From IMG/VR virus record IMGVR_UViG_3300045125_000107, positions 1 to 56,680 of that record: 56,680 nt of DNA. The stretch is one strand, 5' to 3'. This DNA comes from a virus (taxonomy: Duplodnaviria > Caudoviricetes). Shown one piece after another: positions 1 to 12,346 of this stretch; the first letter of the stretch is position 1; each line of letters opens with the position of its first letter. The notes below the pieces were generated by a model. That model was not told the DNA's origin. It was given only the letters and a program-made list of their open reading frames with translations, and did no database searches. The position numbers and the translations under genes were made by a program.

Positions 1-245
1 CGAGGCAACCTGCGCCTGATCGAGAGGCCCGCACCAAGGCTGCGGCTCCATCGCACTGGGCGAACGCCTCGAGGAGGCCCGACGAACTGCAACAGGCCAC
101 CAGCAGCGCGGAAGACAAGGCCTGCGAGGCCGGGCAGGGAGATCGCCCGCCTGCGCTACGACATCGAGGTTCTGGAGGAGCGCGTCTTCGAAAAGGACAG
201 GCGCATCGCCCAGCTGGAAGCACAACTCAAGAAGAGGACGAAGTG

Positions 246-3200
246 ATGATCAAGATCAAGTGACCGGCGCCAGCATCGCCGAAGTGGCCGACAAGCTCCT
301 CGCCATTGGCAGCGGTATGAAGAATGACTTTGCCGTCTGCGATGACTTTCAAGCGATACTGAAATGACGGGTATCGCAAACGTCAGCTGGTCGTTCCCAC
401 ATCTTGGAAGTGCGAAGATGGCGGCCGCCAAAGGGCGGGGTTGCAGTGCTGCGCTGGAACTACCGCCGGAATATCGAACCGGGCAGTCGCGGCCGCGTGG
501 CGTCTACCGGGCCGATCAAGCACTTCCGCGGCCTCTTCTGCTGTCGATCAGTTTTCGGGCACGCGGCCCGATGGTGGTGTGTTGCCGACATTTGAGGCTC
601 GATGCTGGGTTGGCCTGCAGGCTGGTCTGCGCTGGAAACGTCTCTCGGTGGCGCCGCGCTGTCTCAGCCCTCTGGGCGCGCCGCTGGATGCCGCGGGCAA
701 TATGTCCTCGAAGACGCGGCACCTGGCGGCTGGCAACTTCTGCCGAAGGGACGTCTTCGCCTGGAACAGCAGCGTCGGTCACGATCGTGGGATGGCGATC
801 GATCGGCAGGTCAAGACCGTGGTGGCGCTATCGATCAGATCACTGCGGGCCAGCGCGACGTCGACCCATTAACTCGATCGCGGTGGTCAGCGATGCGTTT
901 CCTCGTCGTTCGTCTGCCATCGTACTGACGGCGAGCTTCACGGCTGTGGCTGGTCCTCTTCATTCGATCAGGAGATGCATCAGGGTCATCGACACCAGGC
1001 TGTGCCGGGCGTGCGCGTCTTTAACCGAGGACAACGGCAAAGATACCGTCTTGCCTTCAAAGCCCTGGCGCGCGCCTGATCTCGGATTTCGTTGTCGCCG
1101 GTGATCTCACCAACCGCGCGCGTCTGGGCTGCATCGCCGGTGGGCTGCTACCGATTTTGGCTGGTGCTGCGGTTCGGAACGCTCGCCAAACCGGCGTTCG
1201 AAGCTTGCGGGGATGCGTGCATTACGCCCGCGCCTGCTCGCTGGCGGACGATCCCTGGCCCGGCGTCGGCGTTGCCGCCCACGGTGGCGCGTCCCGGCCT
1301 GCAGGGTGATGATGTCTATCGCTGGCTCACCGTCGGAACTGCGCTATGCCTCGCTGGAGGTGCCGGAAGCGCGGCCGGGGCGCTCTGCTCATCGCCATGC
1401 GGGCAGGTTCGTCTCAGTCGGGAGTCGTTTCAGCTGTGCGCGAGTTGGGCGCAGCTGTGCGGCATTATCAGTGGATGGCGCGGAAGCGCTCGTGGAGGGC
1501 TGCAGGAGGCTGGCTTCGCCGCGTGGGCCGGCGAGGCCCGCGAGGGTGCGCAAGAGGTCATTCCACCTGCGGATGGCGACGCCTGCGGCTGATCAAGCTA
1601 CGGCGTGAAGCTTCTCAGGATCTCAGCGCTGGCGGGCTGATGGGCCTGGCAAACCGCGCGGAGGCCAAACCCATCATCGCTGGCGGCGGATGCGTGGCCG
1701 CTCGTCGAAGCGGTCTGTGCCAACTCTGCAGGACGGTTCCCGATCAAGCCACAAGGCCGTTCTGCAACTGACTGGCTGGGCCGGTCGCCACGGTGCCGAA
1801 GGCAATATCGGCTGTTGAGTCTGGCAGCACCCAACGCCGATCGGCGGTGAGCCCGGCGCCGCGCGCCGCTATTCACGGCGTCACGTCATCCTCGACCACC
1901 GACCCGACACATGGCGATATCGACGCCTGGTCCGCGAAGTCGCCCTGCCGATGAAAGGATAAGGCGCCGCGTGCCGGAGATCGCGGCCTGGAAGGGCGCG
2001 GCCCTCAGAAGGATTACCAGCCCTGGGCGAGGTCTGGCGGGCTGAAGCGAGCTATTTATCAGCGCCGGCACATGCGGAAGATAAAGCGGTTGCTTCGTGT
2101 ATCGGGCGGCGACAATATCGCAATGGACAGGCAAAGCGTCACGCAGCATCTGGCGATTTTCTGCCAGCGTAGAGGTGAGTTACTCTCCACGCGTGATGAC
2201 GGCGTCACCCTCGCTGCGCTGTCGAGCGTCTGTCGCGCGTTTGTGGGGCGTGAACGGCAGCTCTGAAACCGCGCTCCGTGGTGACGCCCGCGGCGTGGAG
2301 AGCCGCGAGGATGATCTGAAGAACCAGGTCGATGGTATCGAAACCGTCTGTGCAGCACCGCGGTATTACTCGAAATACGATCAAGGCTCGATGGAAAGAA
2401 GAAGAAGGGCATGGCGTGATATCAGGACGGCGATACATGGGAACAGGCGGTCGCTCGTCCCGGATCGCGCTGATCGTCTGGAAGATCAGCAGATGCCGCG
2501 GATGGAAGCCTCGATCTCTACAATGACCCAACTCAATCAGCAGCAATACCCGAAGGTACTGGAGATGGATGGAAGTATGCCGCCCCCTTCAGGCGGGCTA
2601 GCTGCTGAAGATGCCCGCGACGACCATCCTGACCGCTGATAACTGCGACACCTGACCTCGAAGCTGCGAAGAAGCAAAGCTTACTGCGACCATCAGGCTG
2701 GGTGTGAACGCCGGAGCTCCGTCTCAGTTGGCGGTGCTATGGCGTCTATCGATATCTTGTGCGGCGTTATCGCGTGAGCGTTCTCTCGGATGGCGTCGGA
2801 TACCGCGCCCGATATCAGCTGGCGGCATCAATGGTGATCGAAGGTTCGCCGCCGCATGATTACCATATCTCACTCATGCCGGGCGTTAGCCGGTTCTGAT
2901 CACCGGACGATTGCACGCCTGCCGCGGCGACGAAATTCGATCACCTTTGTTCAGGCGTGGACGAAAGAGCGGTGGTGTTTACCGGACCACCCGACCTTCG
3001 CGCCAGCTGATGATGCGGTGGCCCTGCGGATGAGATCGTGGTTCTGCCGACCACGCTAAATGCATTGCTGCGGCGTGCGCGTGGTCTCTCGCCGGATAGA
3101 ACCATGACCTGCTGATTTGGCGCGCTTGGCTGCAATATCGCTGGGCGCTATGCGGCAATATCAGCGTTCGCGAGTCATTGCGGCGAAAGCGGGCCGGGCT

Positions 3201-3680
3201 GATACGAAAGCGCCATAAAGCTGAGCAGGCGTCGGTGCGGACAATGCAGGAGTGCATCCTGGAATGTTTTCACAATAGTTGCCATGATGTGGACGAAAGT
3301 CATCAGGGCGCCTCTTGCCTTCCGCTGGAACCATGGCGATGTTGGCGGCTGCGGCGCAGCGAAGATGTGGCGGATCAGCATTCTCGTTAACGTTGTTGTC
3401 ACGCTGAAGTCGCTCGATGTGGCACGGAACGGGCTGAACAATGCATCGTGCCTTCTGTTGTGCTGGCGGGCGTGATAGCCTGACGCCAACGCAAACGCTC
3501 GACTATCAGCCACCTTCATTTCGTTGAAAATCGCAGCTCTGGGGACGCTGGCAAATCGCGCCAAAGGCGTTCATTATTTGAGCCGCCAGTGGTGGCATTC
3601 GGCGATCAGCGGTGAAATTGAGGTCATCGTCGCGCCGCATCTGCTGACCGAAGCGACCTGCAGCACGGTCAGTTCTGCGG
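246..3680 (+). other. Low-quality region, probably replication genes (exonuclease/SSB-type genes and polymerase N-terminus expected by synteny)
   Basis: Start at 246 reads MIKI(E)VTGASIAEVADKLLAIG, a phage-like N-terminus. Beyond that no consistent frame is recoverable, so content is inferred only from position upstream of the polymerase C-terminus. Confidence 0.2.
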
Positions 3681-4635
3681 AGCTTCCGCGGGCTGCGACG
3701 TTGCCTGTTCCAGCAGACTTACCGGTGACCGCGCGAAGGCTGCGACGTGGTCAGCCAGGCGCAAGGCGCCAGCCGTTCGGGCGCCCGCGACAACTGTCAG
3801 CGGCTCGCTATCGTGGTGCGCTGCACCGCAGCTCGGGCGCAGCTGATCATCGCGAACCTATCGCCTCGAAGGCCGCGCTGATGTGGCATGGCAACAGGCA
3901 AAGGCTGGAAGGTAAAGGCCGCTAAACTGGTGGGAGCAGGCGCGTCTCTGCGATCCAGCGGGCCGCATCCTCGCGGCAAGAGCGGTGACCGCCTCCTACA
4001 AGACAACGCTCGAAGGCAGAACGCCGGGCTCAGGGGCTGTTGAGCATCAGGCGGCTGCCAGATGCGGGCGGCGCCGTGTTCGCGCGCCATGGCGATGGCG
4101 AAATCCCACAGCCATTGTGCATGCGTGGCGCGGCCGTATCAGGCGACAGTGGCACTGTGGTACGCAGTAGGCGCGCGGCAAAGGCTAATTCCTTAACGAG
4201 CCTGATACCGTTTTCGCACGAAGTGCGGGGCCTGCGCTTTGACGTGCGTGATGGCTGGCTGCGCATTGGCGCCCGTCTGGTCAATACCTGACGTACCCCA
4301 ATACCGGCGGTTGAGGACGGCCCGGGTTGGTACGATGGCATCGATCGAGCACACGGCAAAGCCGAGCCTCCGACCACTGCTGCCACGGAAAGCTGAACGA
4401 GAACGCTCGTCGCAGGCCATCGCGCGCGACATCTTCATGGGCGGCATGCTGCGCGCCGGAGCAGGAGGATATCCCGTCGTCATCCGCGTCCACGACGAAC
4501 TGGTCTGCGAGACGCGACGTGGCGTTCACCGTCGAAAGCTCTCAGCGCTGATGACGCGCGGAAAGCTGGTCCGTACCCTGCCTGCCGGGCGCCGGGATAT
4601 ATCCGCTGCAAAGCTGGACGAGCAGGAAGTATATG
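3680..4635 (+). CDS. Phage family A DNA polymerase, C-terminal polymerase domain (frameshifted; N-terminus probably extends upstream)
   Basis: Stitched motifs: LFQ..LP (~3700), motif A-like LIIA(D)LS..EGRA..W (~3845), EVRGLRFDVRDGWLRI, and GKLNEN..QAIARDIFMGGMLRA..GYPVVIRVHDELVCET (motif C, HDE). Confidence 0.85.
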
Positions 4636-4913
4636 AAGCGCATCGACGCGAGAGTGCCCATGCTGGCCCAAGAAATCGCGCGGAAGAAGCTTGCCCACGC
4701 TGCACTTCACGCAGTACTCGAGGGGCAAATTGCTGCCTCGAAGAACGCCTGGAGAGCAATTCCGCTTTGGTCAGGACAACAGTGACACGGTCTGCGGTTT
4801 CATGGATCAGCTGCGCTTTTGGGCGCCGCTACATCTTCTACTCCGCGAAACTTCAATCTTGAGTGAACCATGATGGCGAGAGCGCTACGGCTCCACCCCC
4901 TTATCGGGAAAAG

Positions 4914-5215
4914 ATGGCTGGAAATGGCACCGCAGCCGTGCGGGGGATTCACCTGAAGCACATCGTGCAGAAGAGCGGCGGCCAGTACGAGAAAGGTGCG
5001 CTGGGAGGGCCGCAGGCGGCCCTGACTGCTTGTCATGGTGCGGCGAAGCCGCCGCCCGGTTTATCCCGAGATCAAGGCGACGGGGACCCGGCTGCAAGCT
5101 GCAAGCCACGCGAGGTCGAGCACCTGCGGCACGACGGCGTGCCGGTGTTCTATCGCGCAGGCAGGCGGCATCCGGCGAGATCGTGGCGACGATGCGGAAA
5201 CCCGACGGCATAAAG
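4914..5215 (+). CDS. VRR-NUC domain nuclease
   Basis: HLKHIVQKSGGQYEKVRWEGR...PD...EIKA...LQAREVEHLRHDGVPVF; usual position between polymerase and SNF2 helicase. Confidence 0.75.
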
Positions 5216-5257
5216 CGGCTGCTTGCCGGGTATCAGCAACGAAGGAACGACCAGATG
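5201..5257 (+). promoter_or_regulatory. Repeated promoter/operator cassette, copy 1 (degenerate -35)
   Basis: ccgacg-gcat-AAAGCGgcTGCTT-gccggg-tATCAGCAAC-gAAGGA-acgaccagATG matches five other copies. Confidence 0.55.
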
Positions 5258-5475
5258 ACCGACTACAGCCATCTTGATGCCCTTGAACTGGAGCACTCTC
5301 GCCCGGCGTGAGCGCCTCCGGCTGTTACGCCCGCTGGAGATTGGTATCGCGAAGTTGGTGCTCAATGCTGGAAGCGCGAGATCATAGCGAAGAGCGCGAA
5401 CTGCTCGAAGGCTCCCCGCTACGGACGCCGGAGATGACGCTGGTTTGAAATCCTCGCAGAACTGGAGACTGAGAC

Positions 5476-5748
5476 ATGGCACGACCCGCCGCCACCATCC
5501 ACGTCGCGTACAGCGTCGGCGGACCAATGGCTACGACTACTGGGCCAAGGCCGCGTCTGGACGAGGGCTTCAAGGGCTACAACACCGGTCGCACGGGCGT
5601 CGGAGACACGCCAGCGGAAGCCATGGACGGGCCATCGGCTACGTATCGCGGCGTCGCTGCGATGTACCGCCGCCGGAGACCACACAGTCCTGTACGGGCG
5701 CGTGGCTTGCCGATATCCAGGGCGTCCACTTTTCTCAGGAGGCACTGA
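5476..5748 (+). CDS. Hypothetical small phage protein
   Basis: GGAG/GAGA upstream of ATG; MARPAATIHVAYSVG...DEGFKGYNTGRTGVGDTPAEAM. Confidence 0.45.
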   Translation: MARPAATIHVAYSVGGPMATTTGPRPRLDEGFKGYNTGRTGVGDTPAEAMDGPSATYRGVAAMYRRRRPHSPVRARGLPISRASTFLRRH

Positions 5749-6849
5749 TGACCGCCAAAACTTTCCTCTTCGCTTGGGAAGGCTACCAGCCGCAGCCTGA
5801 CTAATGACGACCGTGGAGCGCGCTTTCAACCGTCTGATCCGCGCGCTGGCGCGGCGCGTCGCGCGCTAATGTCGATGGCCGCCCGGCGTCTCGCGCACAA
5901 AGTTGCTGCGTCACGCGAGGACGGCTGGCGCGGAGTACAAAGTCACGGCCAGTGCGGCAGGCGCGGCATGCGCTCTGGATACGCACGAGAAACTGCGGCG
6001 CAACGACATGGCGCTGGTTGCGCGCAAAAAACGTTTATCCACTGGGGTGCCGGGAGCGGCGCCCCCATCCGCGTCCTAGCCGACAGCCCTACCGAGGCCC
6101 TACCTGGCCAGAAGAGCCTGCGGCTGGTGTCTGACGCCGCTTTTCCTGAAGGCACCATCTCACCGGGCTTACTCCGGAGGGCAGGGCATACCGGTTGGCC
6201 ACGATAACCTGCGCGAGAAGCCAGAACACCGAAATCGACAGCTACGGCGGCTGGTTCCGGCACGAGGACCGCCGACGGCGCGTGCCGAGCGCCGGGCCCT
6301 ACGGCGGCCACCTAACCTGCAAAGCGTCGTGCCGAACAGCTATACGGCATGATCGACGAGTGGGAGGACTAAGCCATGGTACGGATCGCCAGTGAAGACT
6401 CCAGAGCAGGCCGCGCAAGGACAGCGCCCTGCGCGGCCTGCTCAACAACTACGAGCGGCCGTTCTCGACCGGTCTGAATGTCAAGGCATCCCTCCCGGTT
6501 GGGATGACGAAGAGCAGCTGATATCAACGAGGCCAAAGCGGAGGCAGAGAACCGCTGGCTTCGCCTTCGTACCCGGGTTTCAAACTCTGCATCGCAGGGG
6601 ACGTCGAGGGTATCACGCTCACGCCAGAAGCTATGTCGGCGATGTGTGATGAAGCGCGCATGGACGAGATCAGTCGTGCAGCTGATTGGCTTCTGGGCCA
6701 GCCGCGCGCTGCTTGACCGGGGCAGCAGCCACGATCATCACGAAGGGCAAGTGTTGACCCGTTACTCTTCATTGCTGCGCGATTTGTCGCCTTTCTCGTA
6801 TCAACCCCGTGAAACCCGCGCCACACTCCCTGCCCCCGAAGGAAACACA

Positions 6850-7028
6850 ATGAGCATCAGCAAGAACTACGCCGACCGCACGACATCGCGAATGCGACGA
6901 GTGCGGCGAGACCTTTGAAGCCGACGGCCTCGATTTCGCCGACGCCTTGGACGAGTACAAGGCGAACGGCGGCGCGGCGGTGCTCGTCGGGCGGAAACTG
7001 GGAGCACCGGTGCCGGGACTGCCGGTGA
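6850..7028 (+). CDS. Small Zn-ribbon-like protein
   Basis: RBS AAGGA; stitched MSISKNYADRT.IECDECGETFEADGLDFADALDEYKANGG...WEHRCRDCR* with two CxxC pairs. Confidence 0.6.
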
Positions 7029-7038
7029 CGATTTTTGC

Positions 7039-7092
7039 TTGACGGTGTAAAGCGGTCGGTTTAAGAGGGGCCATCAGCAACGGAGACCCACC
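7039..7092 (+). promoter_or_regulatory. Repeated promoter/operator cassette, copy 2
   Basis: TTGACG-17 nt-TAAGAG with AAAGCGgtCGGTTT in the spacer, then cATCAGCAACGGAG before the ATG at 7093. Confidence 0.75.
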
Positions 7093-8031
7093 ATGTGCAA
7101 CCTGTCCACCTGCTCGCATGACGCCCTCAACGACGATCTCGACGACATCTTCCGGCGAGCCGACTGCCGCCGATCTGACCGCGCGGGGTCCACATCCTCC
7201 GCACGCAGAAGATCGGACCGCTTCGAAGAGAAGTGCCTCGCCTGCGGCGGCAGCGGCCAGTTCCGCAGCTACACGGGCCGCGTCGTCGGCAGCGCGACTG
7301 CGCGTGCAAGGGCAGAGCAGCTGTTTTACAAGACGTCGCTGGAGCAGCGCGAGAAGGCTCGCGCCGCTGCTGAGCGCCGCAAGGGCTTCTGATGCCGCCG
7401 GACAAGATCGCGCAGGGCTTCGGCATGGCTCGTTGCCAACCCCGCTGAAGCTGAATGGTTGATTGAGGGCGCAACCCGTAAGTTCGAGTTTGCCGTCTCC
7501 ATGCGCGAGGCGCTGTACAAGTACGGCCACCTCACCGAGAAGCACGGAAGCTGCCGTCCGCAACGCGACCGCCAAGGTCCGCCGCGCGCAAGGCGCAGTG
7601 GAGTGCCTGAGCGCGCCGCCCGTGATGCCGGGTCAGGGCGCCGACATCGGATGCAGTGTCGAAGATCGCGACCGCGCTGAGCAACGCGCTGGCCTCGGGC
7701 CTCGAGCGGCCGAAGCTGCGCCTCGGCCGACTTCGTGTTCAGCCCGGCGGCTGCGAACAGCCGCAACGCTGGCTGCGACCGACGTCACGATCGCACGACG
7801 ACGTGTATCTGGGCAAGATCATCGACGGCAAGTTCACCCGCAGCCGGGACTGCACCGACGAACTCGAGCAGGGCATCCTTGCCGCAGCTGCCGACCCGCC
7901 ACGCGGGCTGCCGTCGCTCACACGGGCACCAGACCGGCGTGGTGCGCCTGTCGTGGCCGCGAGTTGACCAACGCCGAGAGCGTCGCCCCCTGGCATCGGA
8001 CCGATCTGCCGCAACAAGTGGGGGTGGCTGA
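7093..8031 (+). CDS. DUF6011-like Zn-finger protein
   Basis: N-terminal CLACGGSG Zn motif; C-terminal HG..TGVC..CGRELTNAESV..GIGPIC..KWGW. Confidence 0.75.
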
Positions 8032-10326
8032 GCCGCGACTTCGTCCCCCATGACTACCAGCAGAGGCGCTGGAGTGGCTCTACAGCCACCTCGCGCACTG
8101 CGCTGTGGATGCCTATGGGTGGTGGCAAGACAGCCACCACCCTGGACGTCCTTGACGCACCTCGAGTTGGTCGAAGACGTCTACCCAGTGCTGGTAGCTG
8201 GCGCCCGCTGCAGCCGCGCGGACTACTTGGCCAGACGAGGTGGCCAAGTGGGCCGGGCTGCGGCATCTGCGGGTACGCGTCATATCAGGGGCACGCCGAA
8301 GCAGCGCCTCGCGGCGCTGGCCGCGCCAGCCGAGGTCTACACCATGGCCTACGACAACCTCGCGTGGCTGTGCGAAACGCTGGGCGATGCGTGGCCCTTC
8401 GTCACGGTGATCGCTGACGAACTGACCCGGCCCGAGAGCTTCCGCATCCGGCAGGGCAGCAAGCGCGCGGGCGCACTGGGCCGCGTGGCGCACACGAAGG
8501 TCAAGCGCTTCATCGGCCTTCACCGGCACGCCCGCGCAAACGGCCTGAAAGACCTGTGGGGCCAGACGTGGTTCCCGACAAGGGCGAGCGGCTGGGACGC
8601 ACCTTCAGCGCCTTCGAGCAGCGCTGGTTCCGCCGGGGCTGGCGACGGCTACAGCCTCGCAGCCGCTCCCGCACGCGCAGGAGGATACAGGACCTGCTGC
8701 GCGACATCTGCCTCGACCGTCACCGGCCTCCCGGTGGACGAGCCTATCCGCAACCCGATCTACGTCGACCTGCCGCCTGGCCGCCCGGACGCTGTACAAC
8801 GACATGGAGGAGGAGATGTTCGCCGAGATCGGGGGAGAACGGGGCCGAGGCGGCGAACGCTGCGGTGCGCACTAGCAAGCTGCTTGCAGCTCGCCAACGG
8901 CGCGATCTACACTGGAGTGGATAGGGCTGAGCGAGGGTCCACGATGCGAAGTTGGAGGCGCTCGACAGCATCGTCGAAGAAGCCACCGGGGCAACCGGTC
9001 CCTGTGGCCTACAATTTCGGCACGACTTGAGCGCCTACGGCAGCCACTTCCCTAGAAGGTCGGGTGCTGGACGCTGACCCTGATACGATCAGGCAGTGGA
9101 ACGCCGGGCGGGATCGACATACTATTCGCTCACCCTGCGCGCCTACACCCAGCGACTGAAGTGTTGACTGAACATCGAGGGTGGGTCAGGATCCGTGGAC
9201 GCGATGCGGAACGAACGTGTGTTCGACGGGCGTCGACCCCAGGAGCCACAGTGGCTGCACGTTTTCGGGCATCAAAACCGTGACTGAGCGGTTCGGCACG
9301 CACCACGACGCCGGATCATAAGCTGCTCGTCAGCGGCGTTCGGGTGGAGGCCAAGGGATGTACGGAGATACCGAAAGCGCTAGGACGAGAAGCGGCGTAC
9401 ACCTACGCGGGAGATGACGCTACTCTTGGCGCGATGCTGTCATTGCGTGGCGCGGAACAGGTACTAGCGCAACAGCACGTCTGACAGTGGGCGAACAGGG
9501 CAGAAGCGGCAACGATGCCCCATCTGGGCGTAGAAGATACTTTTCACCGGATGTCGGACACGCGGTTTTATCGGATTTGGAAAAAGCATGAAAAGCCGCG
9601 CCACGAACCCGGACGACCTAGATTACCCGCGCTATGGTGGCGCTGGGCGGGGCATCCTCGCGAGGACTGGGCTGACATTCGAAAACTTCTTCCGCGACAT
9701 GCTTCTCGCTATACGCCGACCATCTCACCATCGAGCGCATGGACAACTGCGGGTACAGCAAGCAAAACTGCCGGTGGGCGACGAACGCAGAGCAGCAAAG
9801 CAACAAGAACAACAATCGGATGCTTCGGTATATGGGGCAGTACCTGCATCTGGCCGAGTTCTGCCGGATGACAGGCATCGGACGTGGCGCAGTAACATCG
9901 CGGCTAAACCGGGGCCTGACGCCGGAGGAAGTGGTGTCGGACTATCAAGCGTCATCGTACCCGAAGAACCGCAATCTCGGCGGTCTTCGACCTTGTAGAT
10001 TGTGGTCCCCGTCATCGGTTTGTTGTGCGCAATTGCGCAGGTGAGGTGTTCATCTCGCACAACTCCGGCAGGCCATGGGCTGAACCTCGCCGATGGCGGC
10101 AACATCTTGGCATTTTTCGGCCTGAACTGGTCCTCGAGGAAGCGCCATGCAGATCATCGAGCGCATAGGGCCGATGCGCCAGAAGCAGGCTGGGTTCGAC
10201 CGGCCCGTCTTCGTGCATTACATCATGGCGAGAAACACCGTGGACGACATGGTGTTTGACCGCCTCCAGTCGAAGAAGACCGTGCAGGAAGTCCTGCTTG
10301 AGGCGATGAAAAGGAGAGACAAATGA
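8024..10326 (+). CDS. SNF2-family (SF2) helicase, intein-interrupted
   Basis: Q motif HDYQ, Walker A MPMGGGKT, Walker B VIADE, G.P..NGLKDLWGQ, LQLANGAIY, motif V HPA/SAGHGLNL, motif VI ERIGPMRQ. Confidence 0.92.
9140..10063 (+). mobile_element. Intein with internal HNH-type endonuclease in helicase motif V
   Basis: Extein LFAHPA, then (C, read as cgc)LHPATEVLTEHRGWVRI; block B TTPDHKLLV (~9305); C-terminal VFDLVDCGPRHRFVVR...VFISHN followed by S-AGHGLNL. Confidence 0.85.
9550..9985 (+). CDS. HNH homing-endonuclease domain within the intein
   Basis: TRFYRIWK.MKSR...DYPRYGG.G...TFENFFRDM...HLTIERMDN.GYSKQNCRWATNAEQQSNK plus a C-terminal HTH-like AEFCRMTGIGRGAVTSRLNRG. Confidence 0.8.
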
Positions 10327-10718
10327 CCGACCTGCCTTGTGATAGCGAGCCGCCCTTTGAGGTGCCGCCGTACACCCTTGAGGTGATCGAGGAGATCAAC
10401 TCCGGCGGCGCCCCGCCTACCCGCCAGAATACACCCCGCCGCCCTGCTGCAAGCCGCCAGGCTCCTCGGCCGCGCTGCCCGCAGCATGCACGACTCGCGC
10501 GGCCACCTACGACACGCCGCAAGGCAAGCGCTCGATAGGCAAAGCCGTGGCCGCCTTCAACGCGATCACCGGCCACACGCTTACCGAGAGCGAGGGCTGG
10601 CTGCTCCTAGGCGAAGCACGTGCGTCTGTTCACGCGCCGCGCCTACCATGCCGACAGCGCGGAGGACTGCATCGCGTACGCGGCGCTCAAGGCCGAAGCG
10701 CGGGGAGAGGGCCGGTGA
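10323..10718 (+). CDS. DUF6378-like phage protein
   Basis: ATYDTPQG.RS..KAVAAFNAITGHTLTESEGWLLL...YHADSAEDCIAYAALKAE. Confidence 0.7.
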
Positions 10719-10764
10719 TCAGCGTTTCTTGCCCGCACGACGTCCCATGGGAACTCCTTGCTTT

Positions 10765-12346
10765 TACTGCGAACAGCAAGGGATCGACGTGCCGAAGTCC
10801 GTTCTTGACGCGGTTTCGCGGCGAGACCGCCGCGAGCAAAAGGCACATGGCCGTACTTCGCGATGTCCTCAAGATACTTAGAGTTCTTGTCCACCCACTC
10901 CTGATCGAAGGGTTGAATGCGCGGGTCCGAGCCGAAGGCCTCTTTGATCTCGGTGGGTGTGCGAGTGAACAGATATGAGTGAACTTGCGCCGGATCATAT
11001 CCGGAGCCGTACATGGCCTTGTAGTAGTTAGAGAACAGTGAGGCTCACGGGGCACGCCATGCTCGTACCCCCGAAGTATTCCCCGGTGACTTTCTTGGGG
11101 TAGTTTGAGTGGGGTATATCCGGCACGTTGGCCCCCGCAACGCGTTCGTGGGGCGGCGACAGGCCTGAATCGCATATAGCCAGAGAGAATGCCTTCAGGG
11201 GCGTACAGCAACTCTGGAACCGTAGCGGCCGCGCGATTGGCACCGATATCAGGAAACCCAGCGGCAATTGCGTTGGCGCTGTCAAGCGACTGGATTATCG
11301 CAGTACGCTTGGGCATCTGCACTCTGGAAATGTCGTTTAGCTGCGCCGCAGCTGCCTGCGGGTCTTTTTCGAACCCCACAAAGTTGTTGGCGAAGTCTTT
11401 GCCCATGAGGTTTTTGATGCGCCCGATCCAGAAGCTTGAGGGTTTGCCTTGGTGACGCCACCCGCCGCAAGCTGGCGGCCGAGCAAGTCCATCATGGCAG
11501 TTGTCTGGTCAAGGGCGGTGTTTCCCATGCGGGTGTAAACCCCGGCCACAGGCCCCCCATAAAGCGCTTCGCCTATGTCGCGACGGTTGTTGAGATCGCT
11601 CACTACGGAACCGAGGCTGGCCCGCATCAGGACTGCCAAGTTCCATCATGCGGCGAGGAAATCCGGCCCCCTTCAACGACAGCGGAACCCGCTGGGGGCG
11701 CCCGTTAACCCCAGCGATTTCGCCTACGCGCAATGCGTCGCCAAGAAGGGGGATGCCAGCGGAGAACGCCTTCGCGACTTCTTCCGGCGTTTTTATGACG
11801 CGGGGGGCCATCGGGACGTCGATTACGTTTGCCTCTACCCGGTTAGCAGGGGTGCTGGCACTGAGGCCTGAATAGCCGGTGCTGCTTTGGCCCAACGAAG
11901 GCTTGCGTCCGACGATGGGGACACCGTGCTCAATAGCATGGGGGCCGCCGAGACCAGAGCCTTGCGGAAACTCGAAATCTGCCCAGTTCAGGGTGTGGGT
12001 TAGGGTGCGGTTCGATAGCGGCGTACCGGGCCTTGGCTGCCCGCGCAGCTGCACTGCTCGCGCTGCTTCTGCTTCGACCTGCTTCGCAGACAGCTTGAAC
12101 TGTTTGACCGATTTTTGGCAGGAACCCCTGACATACCAAGGACCGCCAGCGACGCCTTTTCCGGCGCGGCCTTTTCGCCGGGCAGGCGAAGGCGCGGGAG
12201 CGCTGCGCGCGGCCTTGGCCTCTTGCGCCACGGCCTTCTTGAATACGGCGGGTTCGGCATCCATGCCCGGCACGGCGCGGACCCGGTCTACGAGTTCGGG
12301 GCCGTGCTTGGTGATGAGCAGTGAGCCAATCAGCCTTTGCGGTCAT
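10765..12346 (-). CDS. Putative internal virion protein (last gene of late operon; 3' end approximate)
   Basis: Stitched frames MTAKA...KHGPELVDRV...MGKDFANNFVGFEKDPQ...QEWVDKNSKYLEDIAKYGHVPFARGGLA; start overlaps upstream stop. Confidence 0.55.

Noticed and set aside
10715-10881. Possible small + strand Cys-rich ORF (CPHDVPW..CFYCEQQG)
   Set aside because: It overlaps the convergent 3' end of the last late gene and needs a frameshift; it cannot be supported.
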